Positions 10,213-19,955 of a stretch of DNA of 64,000 nt are shown here, in pieces. The stretch is from Trueperaceae bacterium (GTDB lineage: Bacteria > Deinococcota > Deinococci > Deinococcales > Trueperaceae). Both the position numbers and the translations under genes were made by a program. The stretch spans positions 320,001 through 384,000 of the forward strand of contig JAXHNB010000001.1 in assembly GCA_034520945.1 (NCBI GenBank). Direction: 5' to 3'. The notes beneath the pieces are model-generated. The model was not told where the DNA came from. It did not search any database and worked only from the letters and a program-made list of their open reading frames with translations. Each line of letters begins with the position of its first letter. Within the stretch, counting starts at the first letter, position 1.

Positions 10213-11505
10213 ATGGCGTTTCGTGACCTGGTCGACGTCGAGGTGCAGGGCGGCCGCGGCGGCGACGGGGCGATGTCGTTCCTGCGCCTGAAGTACGTGC
10301 CCAAGGGCGGGCCCGACGGAGGCCACGGCGGCGGTGGCGGCGACGTGGTGTTGCGCGCCGTCGACGACGCGTCAGCCCTGACGCGCTTGATTCCGCACAA
10401 GCGGTACCGCGGCGGCACCGGACAGCAGGGCGAAGGGCGGGACCGACACGGCCGCGGCGGCGAGGACGTGGTGCTGGAGGTCCCGGTCGGCACGTTGGCG
10501 CGCGACCAGGACGCGGGCGAGGTGCTGGCCGATCTCACCGAGGAGGGTCAGAGCGCGGTGGTGGCCCGGGGCGGCTCGGGCGGGCGCGGCAACACCGCCT
10601 TCGCCAGCGCCGAGCGGCGCGCCCCCCGCTTCGCGGAGCTCGGCGCGCCGGGCGAGGCGCGGCGCCTCACGCTGGAGCTACGCCTCATCGCCGACGCGGG
10701 CCTGGTCGGCTTCCCCAACGCCGGCAAGTCGAGCCTGCTGGCCGCGTTGTCCAACGCGCGCCCCAAGGTGGCGGACTACCCCTTCACGACCCTGTCGCCG
10801 AACCTGGGGGTGGTCGAACGCGGGGGCTCCGGCTTCGGGCGCCTCACGCTGGCCGACGTCCCGGGCATCGTCGAGGACGCGCACGAGGGCAAGGGGTTGG
10901 GCCTGGCGTTTCTGCGGCACGTGAGTCGCACGCGCCTGCTGGTGTGGGTGTTGGACATCGCGGAGGAGCCTCGGGCGGCGTTCGACGCGTTGCGCCGCGA
11001 AGTCGGGGCGTACGATCCCGCGCTGCTGGAGGTGCCGGCCATGATCGTGCTGCACAAGACCGACCTCGCCTCCCCCGCCGAGGTCGCCGAGGCGCAGGAC
11101 GCCCTGGCCGCCAGCGGGCTTCCCGTTCTGCCGGCGTCGTCGTTGGAGGGGGGCGGGTTGGACGCCGTTCGCGAGACCCTGTTCGCGTTGCTGCCCGAGC
11201 GGCGGCCGCTCGCGCCCGCGCCGGAGGGCCCGCGCCGGGTGGAGGCCGAACCGGTGCGGGTGACGCGCGACCCCTCGGGCGACGGATGGGTGGTGACGGG
11301 CGAGGAGGTCGAGAGCCTGGTGGCGCGCTTCGACGCCACCAACGCCGAGGCGGTGTCGTACCTGCAGCGGCACTTCGAGCGGTTGGGGCTGTGGCGCCTG
11401 TTGCGGAAGGCAGGGGCGAAGGACGGCGACGACGTCCGGATCGGCGAGGCGGTCTTCGAGTACTTTGACGCCACGGCGGAGCCCGAGCGGGAGGAGGGGG
11501 CGTGA
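10213..11505 (+). CDS. obgE: GTPase ObgE/CgtA
   Basis: Gly-rich Obg fold ([12 protein letters not shown]), [18 protein letters not shown] and a C-terminal OCT domain; follows rplU-rpmA. Confidence 0.96.
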   Translation: MAFRDLVDVEVQGGRGGDGAMSFLRLKYVPKGGPDGGHGGGGGDVVLRAVDDASALTRLIPHKRYRGGTGQQGEGRDRHGRGGEDVVLEVPVGTLARDQDAGEVLADLTEEGQSAVVARGGSGGRGNTAFASAERRAPRFAELGAPGEARRLTLELRLIADAGLVGFPNAGKSSLLAALSNARPKVADYPFTTLSPNLGVVERGGSGFGRLTLADVPGIVEDAHEGKGLGLAFLRHVSRTRLLVWVLDIAEEPRAAFDALRREVGAYDPALLEVPAMIVLHKTDLASPAEVAEAQDALAASGLPVLPASSLEGGGLDAVRETLFALLPERRPLAPAPEGPRRVEAEPVRVTRDPSGDGWVVTGEEVESLVARFDATNAEAVSYLQRHFERLGLWRLLRKAGAKDGDDVRIGEAVFEYFDATAEPEREEGA

Positions 11506-11630
11506 GGCCTGCCTCGGGGCACGGGGACGGGTGGGACGTCGTGATACCCTTTGGCCGCGTCCCAGCGGCGCCCGGCGGATTCGGACGGCCCGCCGCTCCG
11601 TTCGCTGGCACGGACCATTCCTAGGAGGCC

Positions 11631-12230
11631 ATGGCGAGCGAACCGATCTTTCCCCAAGCCAGTCCCTGCGACCGGTCCAGCGTGGCGCCGTACTGCGAGC
11701 GCGTCCGGGCCATGCTGAGGCCGTCACGGTGGGAGCACGTGCTCCGCGTGTCGATCTTGGCCGAGAACATCGCGCGCGCCAACGATTTCGATGAGGACCA
11801 GATTCGCGCCACCTCGCTGGCGGCCGTGTTGCACGATGCGGCGCGGGACCTGCCGCCCGATCGCCTGATGGCGCTGGCACCGCCCCAGTCCGAGGCCGAG
11901 CGGGCTCACCCCATGGTGCTGCATGGGCGTGCCGGCCGGGCGTTGGCGGCGTCGTGGGGCGTGAACGACGGTCGGGTGCTGAACGCCATCGAGGGGCACG
12001 TGTTCGGCGTGGCGTCGAACGACCGGATCGGCATGGCGCTGTACGTCGCCGACGTGTCGGAGCCGGGGCGCGGGGTCAACGACGACGTGCGCGCGTTGGC
12101 GATGACCAACCTGACGGCCGCCTACCGGCGGGCGGTGAAAACTAAGGTGGACTACCTTCGCGCCTGCAACAAGCCGGTCCACCCCAAGACGCTCGAGGTG
12201 CACGATGCGATCGAGGCCGACGTTGCGTGA
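11631..12230 (+). CDS. yqeK: HD-domain Ap4A hydrolase, YqeK-like
   Basis: RWEHVLRV, LHDAAR, LHG, H and YVADVSEPGRG motifs; conserved obg-yqeK-LCP-rsfS context. Confidence 0.85.
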   Translation: MASEPIFPQASPCDRSSVAPYCERVRAMLRPSRWEHVLRVSILAENIARANDFDEDQIRATSLAAVLHDAARDLPPDRLMALAPPQSEAERAHPMVLHGRAGRALAASWGVNDGRVLNAIEGHVFGVASNDRIGMALYVADVSEPGRGVNDDVRALAMTNLTAAYRRAVKTKVDYLRACNKPVHPKTLEVHDAIEADVA

Positions 12231-13581
12231 CGCCCGCCTGCTGCAGGCGGTGGGCCTCCTCGTCGCGGTGCTGGGCCTGGTGGGCTTCTGGTGGAACCGC
12301 GACGTGCCGCGCACCGAGCTGGGCACGCAGCAGCGCGAGCTGCTGGGCATCGAAGAGGACGCCTTCCACGCGAGCTTCGTCGTGGCCGGCCGGGACGTGT
12401 TCTACGGCGAGGGCGAGGCCGACCCGATCTACGGCGAGGGGGGCCGGATCGTCGGCTGGGACTTCCAGGGCCCCAGCCATACGCGGGGCATCAACACCGA
12501 CACCATTCTGTACGTGCAGATCGTGGACGCCGAGGTGATCATGGTGGCCATCCCGCGCGACCTGTTCGTCGGCAGCGGGACCCGCCGCATCAACGGGGTG
12601 CTGGCCCGCGAGGGGTCCGACGGACTGGTCGAGCGGGTCGAAGCGATCATGGGCGTCCCGATCGACTATCACGCCATCATCGACCTCGACATCTTCGAAC
12701 GCGTGGTGGACGCGCTGGGGGGTGTGGAGGTCAACGTCCCCGAGCGTATGTACTACCGCGACGTGGCCGGAGGGCTCGAGATCGACCTGCAGCCGGGCCC
12801 GCAGGTGCTGGACGGGGAGGAGGCGGGCGACTTCGTTCGCTACCGGCAGTTCCGCCGCGGCGACATCGACCGCATCGACAACGTCAAGCGCTTGGCGTAC
12901 GCCATGCTGGCGCGCGTCAAGGAGTTGCACGTCCGCGCGGCGGGCGCGTTGCCGGACCTAATGTCGACCTACTTCGACCAGGTGGAGACCAACGCCTCGC
13001 CTGCGTTGCTTAGGCGGTTGATTCCGCGCATCGACGCCTTCGAGATCCGCTCGGCGACGCTTCCGACCCGGGACGTCGTCCGCGACGGGGCGCAGGGGCT
13101 AACCACCGATCCGGCCGAGGTCGAGTCGTTTCTGGCGACCACGTTCGGCGGCTCCGCCCGCGCGTTCCGCGACGCGCCGGAGGGCACGCTGTTGATCACC
13201 GACCGCTCGGACACGCCGGGCCTCGGAGCCTGGTACCGCGACCGGCTGATCGCCTACGGCGTTCCCGAGGAGCGACTGCTGCTCCGCGAGGGCGACCTCG
13301 ACCCGTCCGGAACGCGGGTGGTGGCGGTGGCCGACGCGTGGAGCGACGCCGACTACTACGCCACCCTGCTGGGCACCGGCAAGCAGCAGGTGGCGGACCT
13401 CCCCCGCGTGGACGGAACCGAGATCCGCCTCGAGCTGGTGTTGGGCGGCGACGCCCTCGCCATGACGCCGCTGGGGGCGGCCGGCAGTTCCGTGGACGGG
13501 GTGCCGGCCGGGCCTCCGCGCGCGGTCCCCGTGCTTTCGCCCGGCGCCGAAGGCGCCGCCGTCCCGGAGGAGGAGCTTTGA
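12223..13581 (+). CDS. LCP (LytR-CpsA-Psr) family protein
   Basis: N-terminal TM helix, NTDTI, IPRDL, VDALGGVEV, FVRYR and GDIDR. Start could instead be 12205. Confidence 0.9.
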   Translation: MRDARLLQAVGLLVAVLGLVGFWWNRDVPRTELGTQQRELLGIEEDAFHASFVVAGRDVFYGEGEADPIYGEGGRIVGWDFQGPSHTRGINTDTILYVQIVDAEVIMVAIPRDLFVGSGTRRINGVLAREGSDGLVERVEAIMGVPIDYHAIIDLDIFERVVDALGGVEVNVPERMYYRDVAGGLEIDLQPGPQVLDGEEAGDFVRYRQFRRGDIDRIDNVKRLAYAMLARVKELHVRAAGALPDLMSTYFDQVETNASPALLRRLIPRIDAFEIRSATLPTRDVVRDGAQGLTTDPAEVESFLATTFGGSARAFRDAPEGTLLITDRSDTPGLGAWYRDRLIAYGVPEERLLLREGDLDPSGTRVVAVADAWSDADYYATLLGTGKQQVADLPRVDGTEIRLELVLGGDALAMTPLGAAGSSVDGVPAGPPRAVPVLSPGAEGAAVPEEEL

Positions 13582-13585
13582 CACG

Positions 13586-13990
13586 TTGACGCACGATCCC
13601 GACGCGATCCCGAACGACGCGGTCCACGGCGGACCGGACGGCGCCCGCGCGGCGCTGCCCGAGTTGCAGTGGATCGTGGACGCGCTCGACGACAAGCGCG
13701 CCAAGGACATCCGCGCGTTGCACTTGGCGCCGCTCACCCCCACCATGGAAGCGTTCGTGATCGCGAGCGCCGAGTCGCTGCCGCAGATACAGGCGCTCGA
13801 AGAGGCGGTGAAGGGCCGCATGAAGGAGGAGGGCCGCATGCCGCGTCACGTCGAGACGCCGTCCAGTCGCTGGGTGCTGATCGACTTCGGGGCCGTAGTG
13901 GTGCACATCATGAGTCCCGAGGCGCGCGAGTTCTACGATCTCGAGGGCTTGTGGGCAGATGCCGAGCCGATCGAGATCTCTCCGACCTGA
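13586..13990 (+). CDS. rsfS: Ribosome silencing factor RsfS
   Basis: DDKRAKDI and WVLIDFGAVVVHIM...REFYDLEGLW. Confidence 0.93.
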   Translation: MTHDPDAIPNDAVHGGPDGARAALPELQWIVDALDDKRAKDIRALHLAPLTPTMEAFVIASAESLPQIQALEEAVKGRMKEEGRMPRHVETPSSRWVLIDFGAVVVHIMSPEAREFYDLEGLWADAEPIEISPT

Positions 13991-14345
13991 GGCGCTAGCC
14001 TGGGGCGTGCGGCATTGGGCGGAAGCGCTGGCACGTACGCATCTGGAGGCGCGAGGGTTCGCCTTTCTGGACGCCAACGTGGTGCTGCCAGGCGGCGAGC
14101 TGGACCTGGTGATGCGCCACGGGCGGACGATCGTGTTCATCGAGGTCCGGCAACGCAGGAGCGCGCGCTACGGCTCGGCGGCGGAGTCGCTCACGGCGGC
14201 CAAGCGCGCTCGCCTGCGTCGCACGGCGCGCAGCTGGGCGGTGCGGCGGTACGGCGCCGCGGACCGCCCCATGCGCATCGACGCGGTGCTGGTTCAGGGC
14301 GGGCCCGACCGCCCTCGGATCGAGCATCTGCAGGACGTCGCCTGA
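13959..14345 (+). CDS. YraN family protein (UPF0102)
   Basis: GELDLV, VFIEVRQR and RIDAV motifs. Confidence 0.85.
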   Translation: MPSRSRSLRPEALAWGVRHWAEALARTHLEARGFAFLDANVVLPGGELDLVMRHGRTIVFIEVRQRRSARYGSAAESLTAAKRARLRRTARSWAVRRYGAADRPMRIDAVLVQGGPDRPRIEHLQDVA

Positions 14346-14370
14346 CGTGCGGCGCGCCGGCGCCCGCCCC

Positions 14371-15156
14371 TCACTTCGGCAGGCCGGCCGACAGCGCCCC
14401 GCCCGCCACCTCCAGCGTGGTGGCGTCGATCGCCTCGTTCTCCACCACGTGCGCCAGCAGGGCCGTGATCTCGGAGGGGTCGATCAGGCGGCCCAGCGGC
14501 ACGCGCGACAGCACCCGTTCCAGGGCCGTCTCGGACATCGCTTCCAGGATGGGCGTACGCACGTAGCCGGGGGCGATGCCGACCACGCGGATGCCGTGCA
14601 CGTCCTGCGCGTGGAACTCGCCGACCAGCAGCTTGGGCCACATCGCCACGGCCGCCTTGCTGGCCGCGTAGTTGATCTGCCCGAGCTCGCCCGCCTTGTT
14701 GATCGACGACATGGTGAACAGCACCCCGCGATGCCCCCCATCGATCATGCGGGCGGCCGCTTCGCGCACGGTGAGGAAGGTGCCCGTCAGGTTGACGTCG
14801 ATCACGGCGCGAAACTGGTCCGCGCTCATGGTGCGCGTCACCTTGCCCTCCTTGACCCGCACCGTGAACGCGTCGCGGAAGATCCCGGCGGCGGGCAGCA
14901 CCACGTGAACGGCGCCGAAGCGGTGCAGCGCCAGGTCCATCAGCGCCGCCACCTCCTCCTCGGCGGTGACGTCGGTGCGGCGCATCGCGACCTGCGCGCC
15001 GCTGCCTTCCAGTTCCTCCGCGACGTCGCGCAGGCCCTCCTCGCTCACGTCGCCCAGGACGAGGCGCGCACCCTTGGCGGCGAAGGCGCGGGCGGTGGCG
15101 GCGCCGATGCCGCTGGCCGCGCCGGTGATGACGGTGACGGAATCTCGAATGTCCAC
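14371..15156 (-). CDS. SDR family oxidoreductase (FabG-like)
   Basis: ITGAASGIG, VNLTG, GQINYAASK and IAPGY; GAGG upstream of the GTG start. Confidence 0.9.
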   Translation of the reverse strand: MDIRDSVTVITGAASGIGAATARAFAAKGARLVLGDVSEEGLRDVAEELEGSGAQVAMRRTDVTAEEEVAALMDLALHRFGAVHVVLPAAGIFRDAFTVRVKEGKVTRTMSADQFRAVIDVNLTGTFLTVREAAARMIDGGHRGVLFTMSSINKAGELGQINYAASKAAVAMWPKLLVGEFHAQDVHGIRVVGIAPGYVRTPILEAMSETALERVLSRVPLGRLIDPSEITALLAHVVENEAIDATTLEVAGGALSAGLPK

Positions 15157-15314
15157 GACCCGAGGATGCCACATTCCCTGCGCGCGGCCCGCCACCGGTC
15201 CTATACTCCCCGTATGCTCTGTTGCTCGTTTCCCAGGTGCGGCGTCCGCTTCGGCCTGCCTGGCGCGCCGTCGCCGGAGGGGGCGCGGAGCCGGCCGGTC
15301 ATGGAGGCGTGGCC

Positions 15315-15917
15315 GTGCGGGTGAAGATCTGCGGGATCACGCGACCCGAGGACGCCCAGACCGCCGAGGCGGCCGGGGCGGACGCCATCGGCCTGATCTT
15401 CGCGGACGGCAGCCGCCGACGCATCACGGTGGCGCGCGCCCGGGAGATCTCAGCTGCGTTGGGGCCGTTCGTGACACGCGTCGGCGTGTTCACGGACGCC
15501 GGCGCCGACGAGGTGCTGGACGCCGCCTTAGGGGCACGCCTGGACGTGGTGCAACTGCACGGGGAGGTGCCCCCGGGGCGTCTGGCCCAGCTGCGCAGGT
15601 CGGTCCGCGTGGTGCGCGTGGTGCGCTTCCGGGTCGGGCTGACCCCCGACGAAGTGGCGTTGGACGACGCGGACGCCGTGATGCTGGACGGGGTGCGGCC
15701 GGGCAGCGGGGAGGCGTTCGACTGGAACGCGGCCACCGCCTGGCGCGGGTACCCACGCTTGGTGCTGGCGGGCGGGCTTCGGCCCGACACGGTGGCGGAC
15801 GCCGTTCGTCGCTTGCGCCCCCACGCCGTCGACGTAGCCTCCGGGGTCGAGTCCGCGCCGGGCGTCAAGGATCCGGACGCCGTGCACGCCTTCGTGCGGG
15901 CGGCCCGTGAGGCGTGA
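15315..15917 (+). CDS. trpF: Phosphoribosylanthranilate isomerase
   Basis: VKICGIT, VQLHGE, LAGGL and VDVASGVES.PG.KD; GGAGG RBS. Confidence 0.95.
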   Translation: MRVKICGITRPEDAQTAEAAGADAIGLIFADGSRRRITVARAREISAALGPFVTRVGVFTDAGADEVLDAALGARLDVVQLHGEVPPGRLAQLRRSVRVVRVVRFRVGLTPDEVALDDADAVMLDGVRPGSGEAFDWNAATAWRGYPRLVLAGGLRPDTVADAVRRLRPHAVDVASGVESAPGVKDPDAVHAFVRAAREA

Positions 15918-16033
15918 CGGGGTGTCCCCTCGCGTGCGATATGGGCGTCGCGACCGACCGGGGTCCCTGCCGAGGGCGGGGCGTACCGCCGGTACGGGCG
16001 ACGCGGATGCCTTGCCCTTCGGGCCCCCTGGAA

Positions 16034-16218
16034 TTCTCCACACTTGTCCACAGGCGAGGCGGGGGTTGTGGATAACTCTGAGCGGGTGCGACGGCGACGC
16101 ACTTCTGAAGCCCTGATTACATGAATCACGTCACAGACGCAATTCGAGAGCACCGGCTCGCTGTTCGCCCGCCTACCAGATCGGGGCTGAACGTGTCAAT
16201 GCCGCGCGGCTATCCACA
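16034..16218. promoter_or_regulatory. Cluster of DnaA boxes
   Basis: TTCTCCACA (16034), TTGTCCACA (16044), TGTGGATAA (16067, the perfect reverse complement of TTATCCACA) and CTATCCACA (16210), all in a roughly 400-bp intergenic region. Confidence 0.7.
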
Positions 16219-16314
16219 GCCCCGGCCCGCATGTGCGCGTTCGCCACGCGGGGGCGCGGCCGACGTACCATGGGGGGCCAGGGCCCCAGCCCAGGACCGG
16301 AGGAGGATTCGCAG

Positions 16315-16635
16315 GTGACCATCGTGACGATTTCCGACGCACGCCGCTTCTCGTTGGATGCGGTTCAGCGCAGCACGCTGCTACGCGAGGGGGGGCTCGA
16401 GGTCGAGCTCCTGTGCTTCGAAGCCGGCCAGCGCGACGACGAGGACCGACGCAGCGAGGCCTCGATCTACCAGGTGATGGAAGGCGAAGCCCTCCTGCAC
16501 GTGGGCGACGAGCGCCACCGGATCGGCAAGGGCAAACTGGCGGCCGTGTCCGCCGAGGAGCCGCACGTGATCGAGAACGCTGGGGGCGGCCTGCTGGTGG
16601 TGATGGCCCACCGGGCACGCTCCGACGAGGGGTGA
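16315..16635 (+). CDS. Cupin domain protein
   Basis: LLCFEAGQ...YQVMEGEA...EPHVIEN cupin pattern; GGAGGA RBS before the GTG. Confidence 0.8.
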   Translation: MTIVTISDARRFSLDAVQRSTLLREGGLEVELLCFEAGQRDDEDRRSEASIYQVMEGEALLHVGDERHRIGKGKLAAVSAEEPHVIENAGGGLLVVMAHRARSDEG

Positions 16636-16714
16636 GGCGCGCCACGGCCCCGTGCGCCCCTCGGGTGCGCGGGTGCCCCCATGTCGGCCGGACGGCCCGT
16701 GGGCCCGGCCGGTC

Positions 16715-18724
16715 ATGTCGTTGCTGAAGCGCCTCGCCGTCACGTTCCTGGTGCCGCTGGCGCTGGCGGTGGTCACCGCCATCGCGCTGCAAGCGGTGAT
16801 CGATGCCCAGCTCCGTGCCCAACGGGAAGCCGAGCGGGCCGACACCGTCCTGCAGGCGGTGGATTCGGTGCTGGGCAGCGTCGTCGCGGCCGAGACCGCC
16901 GAACGTGGCTTCGCCTTGACCGGCGCACCGCGCTATCTCGCCGAGTACGAAGAGGCGGTGCAGCAGGTCGAGGACGGCTTCGACGAGCTCGAGGCGCTTC
17001 AGGCCGGCGGGCCGGAGGGGTTTGCGGTGGAGGCGATGCGGGACGCGTTCGCCTGGCGGACAGGCTCCGCCGCAGAGGTGTTCGAGGCCCGCCAGCAGGC
17101 CCCCGTCGGGTTGGCACAGCAGGCGTCCGACGCGCTCCGAGGTTTGTTGGCGCAGCAACGCAGCCAGGCGGCCGGAGAGGCGTACGACCCGGAGCTGCGA
17201 GGCGTTCGCGCTGCGGTGGCGGGCATCCTGGAACGTCCGCTTCGCCGCGACGCGGCGGCGGACTGGAGTGAGGTACGGGCCCGCCTGGAGCTGGAGGTGC
17301 GGGTCCCGGGCAGTCAGGCGGCCGCGTTGCGAACGCTGATGGGCCGCCTGGCGGACGAGGCGCAGCGGATGGACGCGCGCGTCGCGTCGGGGATCGAGGC
17401 GGGCGAAAGGCGTCGCCGGATCGACGAGGTCCGCCGGCAGGGCGAGGCGTTGATGATGGCCCAACGCGAACGCTCGGCGGAGGTTCGTGCGCAGGTGGCG
17501 CGAACGACCCGCGTCGCGCGGGCCGCGGTCTGGATCGGCCCGGTAGGGGTGGCGGTGCTGGGGTTTTTGGCGCTTGCACTGCTGCAGTGGCGGGTGGCAC
17601 GCGACGCCCTTGGATTGTCCGCGGTCGCGGACGAGGTTTCGAAGGGGCGCCTGGAGGCACGCGCCAATCCAACCCCGCGCGACCCGCTCCGGAACGTGGC
17701 GCGCGCGTTCGACCAGATGGTGGAGCGGATCGAGCGCCGCAGCCGCTTGGCGCAATCGGAACGCCGCACCAGTACGCTGCTGCTGGCCGCTACCACGGCC
17801 CAAGAGGCCTTCGAGGTCGTCGGCGAGCACCTGCGCGCCCACCTACCCGACACCACCGGCACCATCCTGACGCTCGATCCCGGCCGCGGCGACATGCGCG
17901 TGGCGCACCGTTGGGGGCAACCGCTGGAACCGGGCGACGCCACCGTGTTCGCGCCGCAGGACTGCTGGGCCGTGCGCGGCGCCCACGCGCACGCCAGCGC
18001 CGGTGGGGCGGCCCGGTGCCACCACGTCGCGGCCGAGCGCGACGGCCTGTGCGTGCCCATCCGGGGTGCCGATACCACGCTGGGCGTGCTGTGCGTCGAG
18101 GCCGGTCGCGGCCAGATGGACGCCGACCTGCCCGATATCGTGCAGGACGTGGCGGAGCACCTGTCGTTGGCGCTGTCCGCCCTGTCGTCCCGTGCCGCGC
18201 TGGAGGAGCGCTCGGTCCGCGACCCGCTGACGGGCCTGTTCAACCGGCGCTACCTGGACGAGGCGCTCGGGGTGGAGTTGGCCCGCCACGCGCGGGACGA
18301 GTCGCCGTTGTCGGTGCTGATGGTGGACCTGGACCGCTTCAAGGACCTCAACGACACGCACGGCCACGCCGCGGGCGACGACGTGCTCCGCGAGGTCGGA
18401 CGGACCATGGCCAGCTACGTGCGCGAGGGGGACGTCCCGGCCCGGCTTGGCGGGGAGGAGTTCGTGCTGGTGCTGTCCGGGGCCGATCACGACACCGCCC
18501 TGCGCCGCGCCGACGATCTGCGGCGGGCGGTCGGTGCTGTGCGGACCACGGAGGTGGACGGTCCCATCACGGTATCGGTCGGCGTGGCGACCGCCCCGGT
18601 GCACGGCACGACCCGCGAGGCCTTGCTCGCCGCGGCCGACGCCGCCCTGTACCGGGCCAAGCACCAGGGGCGCGACCGGGTCGCGTCGCCCGCCGCCGAG
18701 GGCCAGGCCCCGGACGACGCCTGA
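16715..18724 (+). CDS. Membrane-bound diguanylate cyclase (CHASE3-HAMP-GAF-like-GGDEF)
   Basis: Two TM segments, AETAERGFALTG (CHASE3), HAMP, RDPLTGLFNRR, DLDRFKDLND, RLGGEEF and the I-site REGD. Confidence 0.92.
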   Translation: MSLLKRLAVTFLVPLALAVVTAIALQAVIDAQLRAQREAERADTVLQAVDSVLGSVVAAETAERGFALTGAPRYLAEYEEAVQQVEDGFDELEALQAGGPEGFAVEAMRDAFAWRTGSAAEVFEARQQAPVGLAQQASDALRGLLAQQRSQAAGEAYDPELRGVRAAVAGILERPLRRDAAADWSEVRARLELEVRVPGSQAAALRTLMGRLADEAQRMDARVASGIEAGERRRRIDEVRRQGEALMMAQRERSAEVRAQVARTTRVARAAVWIGPVGVAVLGFLALALLQWRVARDALGLSAVADEVSKGRLEARANPTPRDPLRNVARAFDQMVERIERRSRLAQSERRTSTLLLAATTAQEAFEVVGEHLRAHLPDTTGTILTLDPGRGDMRVAHRWGQPLEPGDATVFAPQDCWAVRGAHAHASAGGAARCHHVAAERDGLCVPIRGADTTLGVLCVEAGRGQMDADLPDIVQDVAEHLSLALSALSSRAALEERSVRDPLTGLFNRRYLDEALGVELARHARDESPLSVLMVDLDRFKDLNDTHGHAAGDDVLREVGRTMASYVREGDVPARLGGEEFVLVLSGADHDTALRRADDLRRAVGAVRTTEVDGPITVSVGVATAPVHGTTREALLAAADAALYRAKHQGRDRVASPAAEGQAPDDA

Positions 18725-18806
18725 GACACGCGCCAAAGGGTTCGGGGCACGGCGGCCCAGACGTGGTCAGCGCTGCGTCACCGTCGCTGGCGCGCCGCGC
18801 CAGGCG

Positions 18807-19307
18807 TCACCAGGCGCCGAGCGCCCGACGGATGACGACGATCTGACCGACGTGGTAGGCGAGGTGGTCGGCGGCGATCACGATCTGACGCATCGGCGTG
18901 CGGCGCCCCCCGTCCGGCAGCGCGTCCGAGTGCGGAATGTCCGCCAGCAGGTCGAACGACGGGTCGTCCAGCCATCCCTCCATCTCGGCCAAGGAGGTGC
19001 GCAGGCCCCGCAGGCTGGGCTCCCAGGTCTCGTCGGGCACGGGATCGCGAGGGGCCGGCCAGTACCCCTCCGGCCACGGCGGCGAGTCGTGGTCGGCCCC
19101 GAGCGTGTACGCCACCAGGTCCTCCTGGCCGATGCGCATGTGCTCGACCAACTCCCAGACGGCGTACGGCAGGCCGTCCGGGCGCGTGCCGCGCAGGTGC
19201 GCCGGCAGGCCGGCCAGGGCGGCATCGAGCGGAACGTGCGCGCCCTCCCCGCGGAGCAGCTCGCGCAGGGCGCGACGCATGGGGTCGCGGCTGGCGACCG
19301 TGCTCAC
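18807..19307 (-). CDS. DinB family protein
   Basis: WELVEHMRIGQED, WPEGYWP and DHLAYHVGQI; the GTG start overlaps the upstream stop. Confidence 0.85.
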   Translation of the reverse strand: MSTVASRDPMRRALRELLRGEGAHVPLDAALAGLPAHLRGTRPDGLPYAVWELVEHMRIGQEDLVAYTLGADHDSPPWPEGYWPAPRDPVPDETWEPSLRGLRTSLAEMEGWLDDPSFDLLADIPHSDALPDGGRRTPMRQIVIAADHLAYHVGQIVVIRRALGAW

Positions 19308-19879
19308 CCGTGGGGGCTCCGTCCCGGCTTCCACTTCACGGTGCACCCGACCGCCCACGTTTCGGGTTCCGCGATGTCGCGGCCCGCCAGGACCGCCTCG
19401 ATGGCGTCGCGGAACTCGTGCGTGGTGGCGGCGTCCGGGTCCTTGGGCGCGTCGTCGATCCGGCCGTGGTAGCGCAAGCGCCGGTCGCGGTCGAACAGCA
19501 GCACCTCCGGGGTGCGCACGGTGCGATACGCGCGGGCGACCGACTGGTCCTCGTCGTGCAGGTAGGGGAACGGGAGGTCGTGCTCCCGCGCGAACGCCTG
19601 CATCGCCTCGAACGAGTCGTCCTCGTAGCGGTCGGCGTCGTTGCTGTTCACCATCACGAAACGCACGCCCCGGGGTTCGTAGCTGCGGGCCAGGTCCGTC
19701 AGGCGCTCCAGGTAGGCGTGGACGTAGGGACAGTGGTTGCAGCCCTGCACGTACACGAACGCATCACGTTCGTCCAGGTCGCGCAACGCCACCCGCCCGC
19801 CGCGGGCGGCGGGGAGATCGAAGTCCGGCGCCTGGGCGCCGATGTCGAGGCTGACGTACTGCGGCGTGGTCTCGGCCAT
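19304..19879 (-). CDS. Thioredoxin-fold AhpC/TSA family protein
   Basis: APDFDLP, CNHCPYV, YHGRIDD and GCTVKW; GGAGGA RBS. Confidence 0.9.
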   Translation of the reverse strand: MAETTPQYVSLDIGAQAPDFDLPAARGGRVALRDLDERDAFVYVQGCNHCPYVHAYLERLTDLARSYEPRGVRFVMVNSNDADRYEDDSFEAMQAFAREHDLPFPYLHDEDQSVARAYRTVRTPEVLLFDRDRRLRYHGRIDDAPKDPDAATTHEFRDAIEAVLAGRDIAEPETWAVGCTVKWKPGRSPHG

Positions 19880-19955
19880 GGTGGTTCCTCCTCGCCCCGA
19901 GTATGGGATGGATCGCGGCAGCGGATCGTCGTGCGCCCTGCGCTAGCATGGGGGG

